A DNA stretch of 64,000 nucleotides from Mobula hypostoma. Lineage: Eukaryota. The stretch lies in assembly GCF_963921235.1 (NCBI RefSeq), contig NC_086108.1:17546001-17610000 (forward strand), given 5' to 3'. Below, one piece after another: positions 10,671 to 24,299 of the stretch (positions within the stretch are counted from its first letter, which is position 1; every line of letters begins with the position of its first letter). The notes beneath the pieces are model-generated. The model had not been told where the DNA came from. It saw only the letters and a list, made by a program, of their open reading frames with translations, and ran no database searches. Both the position numbers and the translations under genes were made by a program.

Positions 10671-11688
10671 GTCATATGGAAATCCTGCCATTCAAAAGAA
10701 GTCAGGTCCCACCTCTGAGACCCTGAGCCATTGTTGAATGAACTGTAGGGACAGTTTCCATTTTATTTTGGCTATCCATCACTGGTTCAGATCAGTCCAC
10801 AGTTGTGGGATCTTGCTTTGTGCATTTCCAACATCACTTGGGGAGCACTTTCCTAAATGCAAGCAATCCTCCAGCATGGCACCAGGGGGAGGCAGTGAGC
10901 TTGCAAACTGGCTTTTGACCACAGCTGGACCTGGGGTAGTGATGCCTCTGCTCCAGCCATGCCAGAAATTGCAGCCAGACACTGTCAGAGCTGGGAATGA
11001 GGGGCGAGAAACCGGCCAGAGTCTTGATGAAAAATGGCAGTGAGCCACCAAACAAATATCATTGTTATTACACCAGGAGCAGCCCCTCAAATCCCTACCT
11101 ACACCATCAATTTCACACTGCCCCTGAGAAGTAATCAGTACTACCTTGGCTCACTGCAGAGATTCTGCAAAGGATTACATCACTGTGTTTACAGATGGCT
11201 AGGGCACTGGGGCAGCTAGGCCAACTCATCTTCTGCACTACAGAGCATAGTACAGATACCATTGATTAGATGGTTTATTGGATTATGTCACTGCAATTGT
11301 AATCCACATTCCTCTTGGTACCTGCATCTCCTGCATACACTAAGCCTTCCCACTGCAGATTCTCCCTAGTCCCCTCCCCACCCTGTGTGAAACCCTGCCT
11401 GTGGCTCAGTTTCTTGTCAGTTCCTGTGGCTCACCCCTTCCCCTCTTACCCCAGAAGGAAATATTCCCTCATTACCTCCACAGTTTACATGCAGTCATTG
11501 GACGAGAATTGAGAAGCAATCAGTACTACCTTGGAGATTCTGCAAAGGATTTGGACTGGACCATACTGCTGCCCTGAACAGAATTCTCTCCTCACTCGCC
11601 ACCTCTCCCCCTGCCCCAACAGAATCTTGCTGGATTTGATGCAGAGCAAATCTTCTAATAGTGTGATCTGAAGGCACAGCTTCAGAAT

Positions 11689-12705
11689 AAACATAGAAAC
11701 ATAGAAAATAGGTGCAGGAGTAGGCCATTCGGCCCTTTGAGCCTGCACTGCCATTTATTCATCCAACTCAGAACCCTGCACCAGCCTTCCCTCCATACCC
11801 CCTGATCCCCGTAGCCACAAGGGTCATATCTAACTCCCTCTTAAATATAGCCAATGAACTGGCCTCAACTGTTTCCTGTGGCAGAGAATTCCACAGATTC
11901 ACCACTCTCTGTGTGAAGAAGTTTTTCCTAATCTCGGTCCTAAAAGGCTTCCCCTTTATCCTCAAACTGTGACCCCTCGTTCTGGACTTCCCCAACATCG
12001 GGAACAATCTTCCTGCATCTGGCCTGTCCAATCCCTTTAGGATTTTATACGTTTCAATCAGATCCCCCCTCAATCTTCTAAATTTCAACGAGTACAAGCC
12101 CAGTTCATCCAGTCTTTCTTCATATGAAAGTCCTGCCATCCCAGGAATCAATCCGGTGAATCTTCTTTGTACTCCCTCTATGGCAAGGATGTCTTTCCTC
12201 AGATTAGGGGACCAAAACTGCACACAATACTCCAGGTGTGGTCTCACCAAGGCCTTGTACAACTGCAGTAGTACCTCCCTGCTCCTGTACCCGAATCCTC
12301 TCGCTATAAATGCCAGCATACCATTCGCCTTTTTCACCGTCTGCTGTACCTGCATGCCCACTTTCAATGACTGGTGTATAATGACACCCAGGTCTCGTTG
12401 CACCTCCCCTTTTCCTAATCGGCCACCATTCAGATAATTATCTGTTTTCCTATTTTTGCCACCAAAGTGGATAACTTCACATTTATCCACATTAAATTGC
12501 ATCTGCCATGAATTTGCCCACTCACCCAACCTATCCAAGTCACTCTGCATCCTCTTAGCATCCTCCTCACAGCTAACACTGCCACCCAGCTTCGTGTCAT
12601 CCGCAAACTTGGAGATGCTGCATTTAATTCTCTCATCCAAGTCATTAATCTATATTGTAAACAACTGGGGTCCCAGCACTGAGCCTTGCGGTACCCCACT
12701 AGTCA
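11689..12705 (-). mobile_element. Young CR1 LINE, 5'-truncated (~1 kb)
   Basis: Open ORF 11768-12640 KFADDTKLGG...RPHLEYCVQFWSP...FTQRVVNLWNSLP; (TTTCTATG)n tail; near-identical to the 20.6 kb and 53.3 kb copies. Confidence 0.95.
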
Positions 12706-13238
12706 ACTTCCCTTTAGAAATGCAATGTGGAGGAATTTCTTTAGCCAGAGTCTAGTGAATCTATGGAATTTGTTGCTACGGGGGCCTGTGGAGGCCGCAT
12801 AAAGTGTAAAGTGACACAGGACCAGTTATACTAGTTGTACATAGAACTCCAGTGTGTAATGAAAACACAAATTCATCATAATCGATCCAAACCATTGAAT
12901 TAATTGCACTCATGATACCGATCTCAGACATCCCACCTCTCCCGGAAGTTCTGGGAGTCTCCCGCATATTGATAGCGGCTCCCTGACGCCCGGAAATTAT
13001 ATACAATATCCCGGAAATTGATTTTTTTGAGAGCGAGAGGGAGAGCGAGAACGAGCATGAACATCCTGATTGGTCCCTCTTCATGCTAGGTAGACCTATC
13101 AGTTTTCTCTGTGGGCAGGCTTTATAGTCGACCTCAAAAAGAATGCAACAGTGACTTTTCTATTGCCAATGGTGGGTTAAAATGTAAAAGACATGTTGAG
13201 GTGAGTTTAACAGGTGTCATTCATTCATTAGCATAGCT

Positions 13239-14242
13239 CAGTGGTCCCCAACCACATGCAAAGCATGTGCTACAGGGCTGCGAGGAAAGGGTATGATTTG
13301 GGGTATGAGTCAACTGCACCTTTCCTCATTTCCTGTCACGGCCACTGTTGAGCTTGAACACACGCGAGGTCATTACACATGCGAGGTCATTACCCGTGTG
13401 TCGTCCATGTCAGCGCGGGAAGGAGATCAATTCCTCAAGCTTGCAAATGACGGTGGGCTGAAAAGTATGTCTGACATAACATCTCTGCCGGCATTCTGGA
13501 TCAAAGTCAAGGCTGAATACCCTGAGATAGCCACGAAAGCACTGTAAACATTGCTTCCAGTTCCAACACATCTCTGCAATGAATGCAACGAAAACTAAAT
13601 TGCGGAATAGACTGGACATAAGGAACCCCCTTCGAGTATCGCTGTCTCCCATCACCGCTCGATGTTGCAGGGAAACCAGCCCAGGGCTCCCAATGATTCA
13701 GCGATATTGGTGTGTTGCAATGATTTTATATGTTCATACGGGGAAAATATGTGCTGTGTGTTTAATATCCAAACGTTACATAAAATGTTACAATGCTATT
13801 GACTTACAAGTGATTTATACAGTAATTGACTTATCACTATATTCATGCGAGGAAAATATGCGCTGCGTGTTTAATATTAAATTTGTTAGATAAACCCTTT
13901 TAGAAACAAAATTGAGTGTATTAGCCACTAAAAAGTGAGTTGTAGTTGACTGATCTTCTATATTCCAGTCGTGATTAACGCCCCACCCACCCCGAACAGA
14001 ATCGCCAAAAACGATTTGTAGAAAAAAAAATCGGCACATACACGCATGCGCACACAGGTGCCCGCGCAAGGCTTCATGGTAATTGTAGTCTTCTTGGGGT
14101 AAACACAACGTATTTGATGGTTAATCTTGTTCGTTGGCAACCCTACCCCCATCCCCCCCCCACACCCCCCTGGTTGGCCGGTCTGCAAGAATATTGTCAA
14201 AAACAAACTGGTCTGCGGTGCAAAAAAGGTTGGGGACTCCTG
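13239..14242 (+). mobile_element. hAT Charlie/Buster-type internal-deletion element with transposase C-terminal remnant
   Basis: TIRs CAGTGGTCCCCAACC / GGTTGGGGACTCCTG; perfect 8-bp TSD GCATAGCT (13231-13238, 14243-14250). Encodes SLPAFWIKVKAEYPEIATKAL*...MNATKTKLRNRLDI, the hAT dimerisation domain. Confidence 0.92.
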
Positions 14243-14365
14243 GCATAGCTAACGTTATTTAAACTAGCTGGCTAAGGAGCTACTCTATGGATGCCCTACG
14301 TGATGAGGCCAAACTCCCTGTAGACTTGCTTAAAGTTATAATAGAATAAACATGATAATATAATA

Positions 14366-14969
14366 TTAGATTAGATTATGAAGACACTCAGTCCTCATTT
14401 ATTGTCATTTAGAAATGGATGCATTAAGAAATGATACAATGTTCCTCCAGTATGATATCACAGAAATACAGGGCAGACCAAGACTAAAACTGACAAAAAA
14501 CACATAATTATAGCATACAGTTACAACAGTGCAAAGCAATACTGTAATTTGATAAAGAGCAGACCATGGGCACAGTAAAAAAAGTCTCCAAAATCCCGAT
14601 AGCCCCAATATCTCACGCAGATGGTAGAAGGAAGAAACTCTCTTCCTGCTATGAACCTCCAGCGCCGCAAACTTGCCAGTGCAGCAACCTGGAAGCACCC
14701 GACGACAGCCGACTCTGAGTCCGTCTGAAAACTTCGAGCCTTCAACCAGCCCTCCGACACTGAGTACCGAGCACCATCTCTGCCGAGTGCTTCGACCCCA
14801 CCCCGGCCGCCAAGCAACAAGCAAAGCAGAGGACTCGAGGCCTTCCCCTCCGGAGATTTCAGATCACACAGTAACAGCGGCAGCGAAACAGGCATTTCAG
14901 AAGTTTCACCAGATGTTCCTCCGTACTCTCACGTCTGCCTCCATCAAATCAGAATTGTGCACGGCCCCC
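14366..14969 (-). mobile_element. SINE-like element with (AATCT)n tail, 5'-truncated copy
   Basis: Reverse complement of 15405-16020. Confidence 0.85.
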
Positions 14970-15337
14970 TACTTATATAAGTACATATTTTAATGTCACA
15001 TTTTCTGCGTATAGCCAACTTGGTTTACAGATTAGACAAAATCACTAAACAAAGTATTACATACACCGTTGGAGTTCGACTTGGGGGGGGAGATATGGGG
15101 TTGCGGGGCGGGGGGGGGGGGGTGCTACCTCCCTGAATTGAGTTTTTGCAGGGTGGGATGTTTGCCGATCTGGACACAAAGATTGGGCCCCGTCAGCTAC
15201 AGTGGAGTTGCATACATATAACATACACAATAGTAGAACTGAAAAGGCTGTAAATTTTCACCTGAAGTGAATGTCTTTTTTTCTTATGGTTAACTATGCC
15301 ATTCCTCAATCAGAAATGTAAAATTACACTGTAATAG

Positions 15338-16020
15338 AAGAGGAGAAGATGGCGGTGTGACACAGCACCCAGTAGCCACTCCGGTGATGAATATCTGTTA
15401 TCTGTCAAGTAGGGTGCCATGCACAATTCTGATTTGATGGAGACAGACGTGATAGCACGGAGGAACATCTGGTGAAACTTCTGAAATGCCTGTTTTGCTG
15501 CCGCTGCTACTGTGTGATCCAGAATCTCCGGGGGGGGGGGGGGAGGCCCCGAGTCCTCAGCTTTGCTTGTTGCTTGGTGGCCAGGGTGAGGTTGAAACGC
15601 TTGGCAGAGATGGTGCTCGGTGTTGGAGGGCTGGTCGGAGGCTCGAAGTTTTCAGACGGACTCAGAGGCTGTGGTTGGGTGCTTCCAGGGTGCTGCATCG
15701 GCAAGTTTGCGGTGCTGGAGGTTCATGGCAGGGAGAGTTTCTCCCTTCTACCGTCTGCATGAGATGATGGGGCTATCAGGACTTTGAGACTTTTTTTTTA
15801 CCGTGCCCATGATCTGCTCTTTATCAAGTTACGGTATTGCTTTGCACTGTTGTAACTATATGTTATAATTATGTGGTTTTTGTCAGTTTTAGTCTTGGTC
15901 TGTCCTGTGTTTCTGTGATATCATACTGGAGGAACATTGTATCATTTCTTAATGCATGCATTTCTAACTGACAGTAAATGAGGACTGAGTGTCCTCATAA
16001 TCTAATCTAATCTAATCTAA
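15338..16020 (+). mobile_element. SINE-like/non-autonomous LINE derivative, apparently full-length
   Basis: Starts GAGAAGATGGCGG (YY1 motif typical of LINE internal promoters) and ends in an (AATCT)n tail; non-coding. Confidence 0.8.
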
Positions 16021-16939
16021 TACCAAGTGTGCAATAGACAGACATTGAATTAAAATCAGATTTGTCACATTGTAGTTCATTTGGACCCAACATTTGTGAA
16101 AGTCTGAAGCTCGGTAAATCCTCATCTACATCAGCTTCACTGTGTGTCATAACAGTAGCCACCTCGTCAGCACTATGAGGGACTGCCTTCAGGGTAACAT
16201 TAACCTATTTTGAATCTGCCATCCAGGCTCTCTTTGACACTGATGGGATGTGACACCTGAGTGTCATTGTGTGCAGTCAGTGAGCGAGAAACAGCAGGCT
16301 TCAGTCAACACTGAACATTGGATCTTCATGGCAGGGCCCAGAGGTGGCTTCTGGAAATGCTTCAGAAGTAAACAGTTCATCCAATCAATCAATCAATACT
16401 CGGGGAATGAGAGGGCATGGGCTCAGTGCAGGAATGTGATGCTCAGGTAAAAACTTAACCATGATTTCATTGAATGGTAGAGCAAAAGCAGGGGACAGGT
16501 GGTCTAATGGTTGAACGATCACACAAGTGAAAAAAGGAACTGAAGCAATAGGCCATTCAACCCCTCGTTCCTGTTCTGCCTTCCAGTGCAATAACAGCTG
16601 TCCTTGTATCATTTGTCTACAACAACGTTGTACTCCTGGATTCCCTTAATTCTGTTTGTGCTTCATGTATTTTTACCCAAAGTCCAAGGTTTAGACTATG
16701 AGATATAGAAGCTGAATTAGGCCATTCAGCCCATCAAGGCTGCTCTGCCATTTATTCATGGTTGACTTTTTTAAAATTCTCAACTCCATTCAAAATCATT
16801 TTCAATATCACTTACTTGATTTTAGGTTTGTTGTTTTACAATACAATGCAAAGGGATAAAGTTACTATAAATTGCAAAAATGTAACAAGTTAGTATTTAT
16901 AGGTTCATGGGCCATTCAGAAATCTGAAATATGATGACA

Positions 16940-17410
16940 GAGGGCAGGATGTAATGTTGAGGCTTTATAAGGCAATAGTGAGGACTCACTCGGAGTATTG
17001 TGAGCAGTTTTGGGCCCCTTGTCAAAGAAAGGATGTGCTGACATTGGAAAGGGTTCAAAGGAGGTTCACAAAAATGATTCCGGGATTGAAAGGCTTATCA
17101 TATTGGGAGCATTTGATGGCTCTGGCCTGTACTCTAAGGGATGTCCAGTTAGAATGGAGACAAGAAAGAATTTCTTTAGCTACAGAGTGGTGAATCTGTG
17201 GAATTCATTGCCACAGGCAGCTGTGGAGGCCAGGTCATTGTGTATATTTAAGGGTGAGGTTGACAGATTCTTGATTGGTCAGGGCATGAAGGGATATGGG
17301 GAGAAAGCAGGAGATTGGGGCTGAGAGGGAAATGGATCAGCCATAATGGAATGGCGGAACAGACTCAATGGGCCAAGTGGCCTAATTCTGCTCCTATACC
17401 TTATGGTCTT
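16940..17410 (+). mobile_element. CR1 3' fragment
   Basis: LRLYKAIVRTHSEYCEQFWAP...RVVNLWNSLPQ and the CR1 3' UTR GAATGGCGGAACAGACTCAATGGGCC...CTTATGGT. Confidence 0.8.
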
Positions 17411-17894
17411 AAGGATCCTGTTAACTCCTCCGAGGAACCTTTTCCCTTCTTAACTATCAAGAACTTATCAATTTATCTTAACTACACCCGAAAACATGGC
17501 CTTCACAGATTCCCCACTCTTTGGCTGAATAAGTCCTTCCTCATCTATGTTCTAAAGGGACACTCCTTTATTCTGAGACAGTGCCCTCTGGTCCTACATT
17601 CTCCAACTAACGGCAAGATACTTTTCATGTCCATTCAATCCAGGTCTTTCAATAATCGATAGGTTTCAATGAGATTCCTCCCTCGATATAACCTTTGATT
17701 TTCTACGTCTGTGCACCTTGCAGTGTTGAGAGACTTTAGTCAGAAAGGCAGCTTGCACTTCTGCCACAGTTTCAACATATGATAACTATTTTGCAAGCCT
17801 TCCATCCATGCTATGTCCCTCCTCTTACACGGGCCGCTTCTTTTGCTTCTGGCCCTCTCATCTTCCATCTGCTACATCCCATTCTAAGAAAATG

Positions 17895-18400
17895 GGATCC
17901 AAGAAAAGAAGAGCTTGTATTGGAGGGTCCAGAGCAGGTTCACAAGAATGGTGCCAGGAATGAAAGGGTTAACATACGAGGAGGATTTGATGACTCAGGG
18001 CCTGTACTTACTGGAGTTTAGGAGAATGAATGGGAAATCTTATTAAAACCTATCAGATATTGAAAGGCCTAAATAGAGTGCATATGGGGAGGATGTTTCC
18101 TATAGTGGGGGAGTCTAGGGCCAGAGGGCACAGGCTCAGAATTGAGGGACATCCATTTAGAACAGATGATAAAAATTCTTTAACCAGAAGGTGGCGAATC
18201 TTTTGAATTCTTTGCCACCGTCCGCTGTGGAGGCCAAGTAACTGGGTAGATTTAAAACAGAGGTTGGTAAGTTTCTTGATTATCCAGGAGTCAAAGGAGG
18301 GAGAAGGCAGGAGAATGGGGTTGACAGGGATAATAAATCAAACATGACAGAATGACAGTGCAGAGCCAAATGGTCTAAATTCTACTCCTACGGTCTTATT
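17895..18400 (+). mobile_element. CR1 3' fragment (old)
   Basis: Decayed homologue of the same CR1 3' end. Confidence 0.7.
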
Positions 18401-19835
18401 CTGCTGTCTTTTGCAATGCCAACCTACACTCAGAATCACTCTGGTTCTGCCCCTTCCTTCATCTTTATTCCCCAGCCCTTGCAATCTACAGCCACCCATA
18501 CCTTTCAGGTTCCTCTCATTCCACCTCAGCAATGGATCACTACAGCCTACCTCATGCACGACAATGGACTTGTCTCTAATTGTGGCTTATATACTACTGT
18601 ATTTAACTTCAGTGTCCTGTATAATTAATTCATATGTGTGTTGTTCCTGTGATGCCGCTGCAAGTACCTGTACACACAACAATAAAGTTGACTTGACCCA
18701 CCATTGACCCTGCTATCCCATCCATCATACTGTTACCACACACCCTTCCTGCTTTCTATCCCACACCACTTGTTTCCCCCATCCCAGCTCTATCCCCTCC
18801 TTCACACTCCCCAACTTGCTACACTCCCACTGAGATCTACCTGTTGGCACAGGCTGGTAATCTTGTTTAAGTGTTCTGCTGAATAATGACACGCAACAGA
18901 ATATTGATTTCAAACTGTGGGGGGATCTGTTTATCAGCAGCAATTAAAATGTAAATTAGCCATGAGGTGGCTCTAAGACTTAATGCTAAGTTAACAAATT
19001 GCACAACTTATGCCAGTGATATTAAACCCAATTTCGATTCTGATTCTGCAATTATTGAACACACGTGCTATGAAAGCACACCAGTGCCTCTACTACCAGA
19101 AGGTTAAGGAAATTTAGAATGTTCCCATTCCCATTGTCCCTCACCATTTTTTTTTACAATACAGAAAATATCCTACCTGGATGAATTCACTGTTTGATAT
19201 GGAAACTGTTCTGACCAAGATTGCAAAATGTTGTGGACACAGCCCAATTTATCATGAAAGTCACCTCCCCACCCTGCCCCGTGGACTCTGTCTACTTTTT
19301 GCTGCCTTGGGAATCAAAACCAATGTAATCAAAAACCCCTGAACAGTCTCTCTTGTCCCCCTTCCTTTGGGCAGAATATACAAAAACTTGAAAACACGCA
19401 GTATGTGGGTTAAGGCAACTCCTGCCTTGCTGGTATAAGATTCTTGCATGATCAGATGAAGTTCTGACCTCACAATCTACCTTGCCATTGCCTTTGCACC
19501 TTATTGTCTGCATGTGGTAACTAGAACACTACATTCTCCATTCTCTTATTGTTTTCCCTTTGCTCTACCTTGATATACTGAAGATTTGAAATGATGTGTT
19601 TGGTCAACATGCTAAACACTGCATCTTTAGAACATGTGACAACAAGGCTCCGATTACCAATCACAACAGCTTTATGGCTTTGGTATGTTACCACCCTACC
19701 CTCTCCTACCGTGAAGCCTCCTGATAACTCCAAACATTCAATGCCAGGTCGCAGGAGTGTGTGGATTCTAATGGGGTTGTGGGAGTGGTGTGGGCATATT
19801 GGACGGGTTATGGGTGGGGGGGGGAGGAGATACTC

Positions 19836-22800
19836 TATACAGGTGCTCAAAGCCTGTGCCCCTCAGCTATGTGGAGTACTTCGCCACATCTTCATCCTGA
19901 GCCTGAGACTCCGGAGGGTTCCTGTGCTGTGGAAGACATCCTGCCTCGTCCCTGTGCCGAAGACGCCGCGCCCCAGCGGCCTCAATGACTACAGACTGGT
20001 GGCATTGACCTCCCACATCATGAAGACCCTGGAGAGACTTGTCCTGGAGCTGCTCCGGCCTATGGTCAGGCTGCACTTAGATCCCCTCCAGTTTGCCTAC
20101 CAGCCCTGACTAGGAGTTGAGGATGCCATCGTCTACCTGCTGAACCGTGTCTACGCCCACCAGGACAAGCCATCGAGCACTGTGAGGGTCATGTTTTTTG
20201 ACTTCTCCAGCGCGTTCAACACCATCCGCCCTGCTCTGCTGGGGGAGAAGCTGACAGCGATGCAGGTGGATGCTTTCCTGGTGTCATGGATTCTTGATTA
20301 CCTGATTGGCAGACGACAGTACGTGTGCTTGCAACACAGTGTATCCGACAGAGTGATCAGCAGCACTGGGGCTCCACAGGGGACTGTCTTGTCTCCCTTT
20401 CTCTTCACCATCTAAACCTCGGACTTCAACTACTGCACAGAGTCTTGTCATCTTCAGAAGTTTTCTGATGACTCTGCCATAGTTGGATGCATCAGCAAGG
20501 GAGATGAGGCTGAGTACAGGGCTACTGTAGGAAACTTTGTCACATGGTGTGAGCAGAATTATCTGCAGCTTAATGTGAAAAAGACTAAGGAGCTGGTGAC
20601 AGACCTGAGGAGAGCTAAGGTGACCCCTGTTTCCATCCAGGGGGTCAGTGTGGACATAGAAACATAGAAACATAGAAAATAGGTGCAGGAGTAGGCCATT
20701 CGGCCCTTCGAGCCTGCACCGCCATTTATTATGATCATGGCTGATCCTCCAACTCAAAACCCTGCCTCAGCCTTCCCTCCATACCCCCTGACCCCCGTAG
20801 CCACAAGGGCCATATCTAACTCCCTCTTAAATATAGCCAATGAACTGGCCTCAACTATTTCCTGTGGCAGAGAATTCCACAGATTCACCACTCTCTGTGT
20901 GAAGAAATTTTTCCTAATCTCGGTCCTAAAAGGCTTCCCCTCTATCCTCAAACTGTGGCCCCTCGTTCTGGACTTCCCCAACATCGGGAACAATCTTCCT
21001 GCATCTGGCCTGTCCAATCCCTTTAGGATCTTATACGGTTCAATCAGATCCCCCCTCAATCTTCTAAATTCCAACGAGTACAAGCCCAGTTCATCCAGTC
21101 TTTCTTCATATGAAAGTCCTGCCATCCCAGGAATCAATCTGGTGAACCTTCTTTGTACTCCCTCTATGGCAAGGATGTCTTTCCTCAGATTAGGGGACCA
21201 AAACTGCACACAATACTCCAGGTGTGGTCTCACCAAGGCCTTGTACAACTGCAGTAGTACCTCCCTGCTCCTGTACCCGAATCCTCTCGCTATAAATGCC
21301 AGCATACCATTCGCCTTTTTCACCGTCTGCTGTACCTGCATGCCCACTTTCAATGACTGGTGTATAATGACACCCAGGTCTCGTTGCACCTCCCCTTTTC
21401 CTAATCGGCCACCATTCAGATAATAACCTGTTTTCCTATTTTTGCCACCAAAGTGGATAACTTCACATTTATCCACATTAAATTGCATCTGCCATGAATT
21501 TGCCCACTCACCCAACCTATCCAAGTCACCCTGCATTCTCTTAGCATCCTCCTCACAGCTAACACTGCCACCCAGCTTCGTGTCATCCGCAAACTTGGAG
21601 ATGCTGCATTTAATTCCCTCATCCAAGTCATTAATATATATTGTAAACAACTGGGGTCCCAGCACTGAGCCTTGCGGTACCCCACTAGTCACCGCCTGCC
21701 ATTCTGAAAAGGTCCCGTTTATTCCCATTCTTTGCTTCCTGTCTGCTAACCAATTCTCCACCCACATCAATACCTTACCCCCAATACTGTGTGCTTTAAG
21801 TTTGCACACTAATCTCCTGTGTGGGACCTTGTCAAAAGCCTTTTGAAAATCCACATCCAGTGGTTCTCCCCTATCCACTCTACTAGTTACGTCCTCAAAA
21901 AATTCTATGAGATTCGTCAGACATGATTTTCCTTTCACAAATCCATGCTGACTTTGTCCAATGATTTCACCGCTTTCCAAATGTGCTGTTATCGCATCTT
22001 TGATAACTGACTCCAGCAGTTTCCCCACCACCGACGTTAGGCTAACTGGTCTATAATTCCCCGGTTTCTCTCTCCCTCCTTTTTTAAAAAGTGGGGTTAC
22101 ATTAGCCACCCTCCAATCCTCAGGAACTAGTCCAGAATCTAACGAGTTTTGAAAAATTATCACTAATGCATCCACTATTTCTTGGGCTACTTCCTTAAGC
22201 ACTCTGGGATGCAGACCATCCGGCCCTGGGGATTTATCTGCCTTTAATCCCTTCAATTTACCCAACACCACTTCCCTACTAACATGTATTTCGCTCAGTT
22301 CCTCCATCTCACTGGACCCTCTGTCCCCTACTATTTCTGGAAGATTATTTATGTCCTCCTTAGTGAAGACAGAACCAAAGTAATTATTCAATTGGTCAAA
22401 TGCATAACATGGTGGAGGATTACAAATACCTGGGGGTATGAATTGATAATAAACTAGACTTGTCAAAGAACACTGAGGCTGTCTACAAGAAGGGTCAGAG
22501 CCGTCTCTATTTCCTGAGGAGACTGAAGTCCTTTAACATCTGTCGGACGATGCTGAGGATGTTCTACGAGTCTGTGGTGGCCAGTGCGATCATGTTTTCT
22601 GTTGTGTGCTGGGGCAGCAGGCTGAGTGTAGCAGACACCAACATAATCAACAGATTCATTCGTAAGGCCAGTGATGTTGTGGGGATGGAACTGAACTCTC
22701 TGACGGTGGTGTCTGAAAAGAGGATGCTGTCCAAGTTGCATGCCATCTTGGTCAATGCCTCCCATCCACTACATAATGTACTGTGTGGGAACAGGAGTAC

Positions 22801-23073
22801 ATTCAGCCAGAGACTCATTCCACCGAGATGCAACACTGAGCGTCATAGGAAGTCATTCCTGCCTGTGGCCATCAAGCTTTACAACTCCTCCCTTGGAGGG
22901 TCAGACACCCTGAGCCAATAGGCTGGTCCTGGACTTATTTCCTGGCATAATTTACATATTACTATTTATGGTTTTATTACTATTTAATTATTTATGGTGC
23001 AACTGTAACGAAAACCAATTTCCCCCGGGATCAATAAAGTATGACTATGACTATGAATATGACTACTATGACT
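19836..23073 (+). mobile_element. Rex1/Babar LINE RT region, split by a CR1 insertion
   Basis: WKTSCLVPVPK...NDYRLVALTSHIMKTLERL...LDPLQFAY*, FFDFSSAFNTI, GAPQGTVLSPFLF*, QKFSDD; resumes at 22407; (TATGAC)n tail. Confidence 0.93.
20654..22397 (-). mobile_element. Young CR1 LINE (RT intact except a 9-nt in-frame deletion), inserted in Rex1
   Basis: ORF 20754-22466 with KSPGPDG, NYRPVSLTS, DFQKAFDKV, GVPQGSVLGP, FADD; ACAT duplicated at 20654-20657 / 22407-22410. Confidence 0.95.
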
Positions 23074-23802
23074 TTATACTTTATTATCACCAAACAATTG
23101 ATACTAGAGCGTACAATCATCACAGCGATATTTGATTCTGCTCTTCGTGCCCCCTGGAGTACAAATCGATAGTAAATATTAAAAATTTAAATTATAAATC
23201 ATAAATAGAAAATAGAAAAGGGAAAGTAAGGTAGACCAAAAAAACTGAGAGGCAGGTCCGGATATTTGGAAGGTATGGCCCAGATGGAGGGACAAGTGGA
23301 GAGTGCTGTGGGCGGGGGGGCATTGTTTCAGAAGGGAGAGTGGAGGCACAAAATAGATGTTGGGATGTTTCATCCAGTAGGAGGGTCTTGACCAAGATTA
23401 GAGGGCTTGTCCATTAAAACCAAGGGGTGATAGTTCCAAGATTAAGGGGCTCATCAGTTAAAATCAAGGAGACACAGTTCCAAGATTAGGAGGCTCGCCA
23501 GTTAAAACCAAGGTGTATAGGAGATATTTCTTGCAGATGGTGGTGAATCTCTCGGGGTCTTTGTCCCAGGGCTGGATTAGTGGGGGGGGAGGGGGATTTA
23601 AGGTGGAAGGAGATAAATTATTTGATTGATCGGTGTGTTGAAGACTATAGAGAACAGACGTCTGTTGGGGGTGGTGGGGAAAGGAAGTTCAAGATTGTTT
23701 TTCTGTCATTCTTCAGTATATGAGTGTAAAGCAGAGTGTTACTCCAGATCTGATGCAGCATAAAAATCATAATAAGCATAAAGAATACAATAAATATAAA
23801 TG

Positions 23803-24075
23803 AGGCACTACAGCAGTGTAGTGGTTAGTTAGCACGACAATATTACAGCTAAGGTTATTCCAGAGTTTGGAATTCATTTCTGGCACTGTTCTCTAAGGAG
23901 TCTCTGTACATCCTCCTCATGGAATGTGTGAGTTTTCCCTGGGTCCTCCAGGTCAATTGGTCATTGTAAATTGTCCTGTGATTCAGTTAGGACTAATCGG
24001 GTTTGTTGCGGGGTTGCTGGAGTGGCATGGCTCAAAGGGCTGTAAGGCCCTCCTCCACGTTGTACCGCTAAATAA
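23803..24075 (+). mobile_element. tRNA-derived V-SINE (HE1-like)
   Basis: A box-like TAGTGGTTAG, V domain GGAGT...GTACATCCTCC...GTTTTCCCTGGGT and a CR1-like tail AAAGGGCTG...CTAAATAA. Confidence 0.7.
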
Positions 24076-24299
24076 GTACATCTAGCGGGTAGTCTACATA
24101 ATGAACTGCCAGAAGCAGTGGCTGAGGCAGGTACATTGACAACATTGAACAAGCTCTTGGACAGGGACCTTAGAATGGTTTAAGTTCAAAGTAAACTTAT
24201 TATCAAAATACATATTCAGTACTGAGATTTGTTTTCTTGAAGGCTTGTAAATTCCCTGTAAATTTGCTCATTGATGGGGAGGGCTTTATTTGTGATAAA

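Larger units (their letters stand above)
12925..15164. mobile_element. Non-autonomous DNA transposon (hAT-Tip100-like or P-like) hosting two nested insertions
   Basis: TIRs CAGACATCCCACC / GGTGGGATGTTTG; 7-bp direct repeat CCGATCT at 12918-12924 and 15165-15171; subterminal CCCGGAA repeats. Confidence 0.75.

Noticed and set aside
20731..21423. 230-aa plus-strand ORF (and similar ORFs at 12156, 53822)
   Set aside because: Antisense shadow of the CR1 RT frame.
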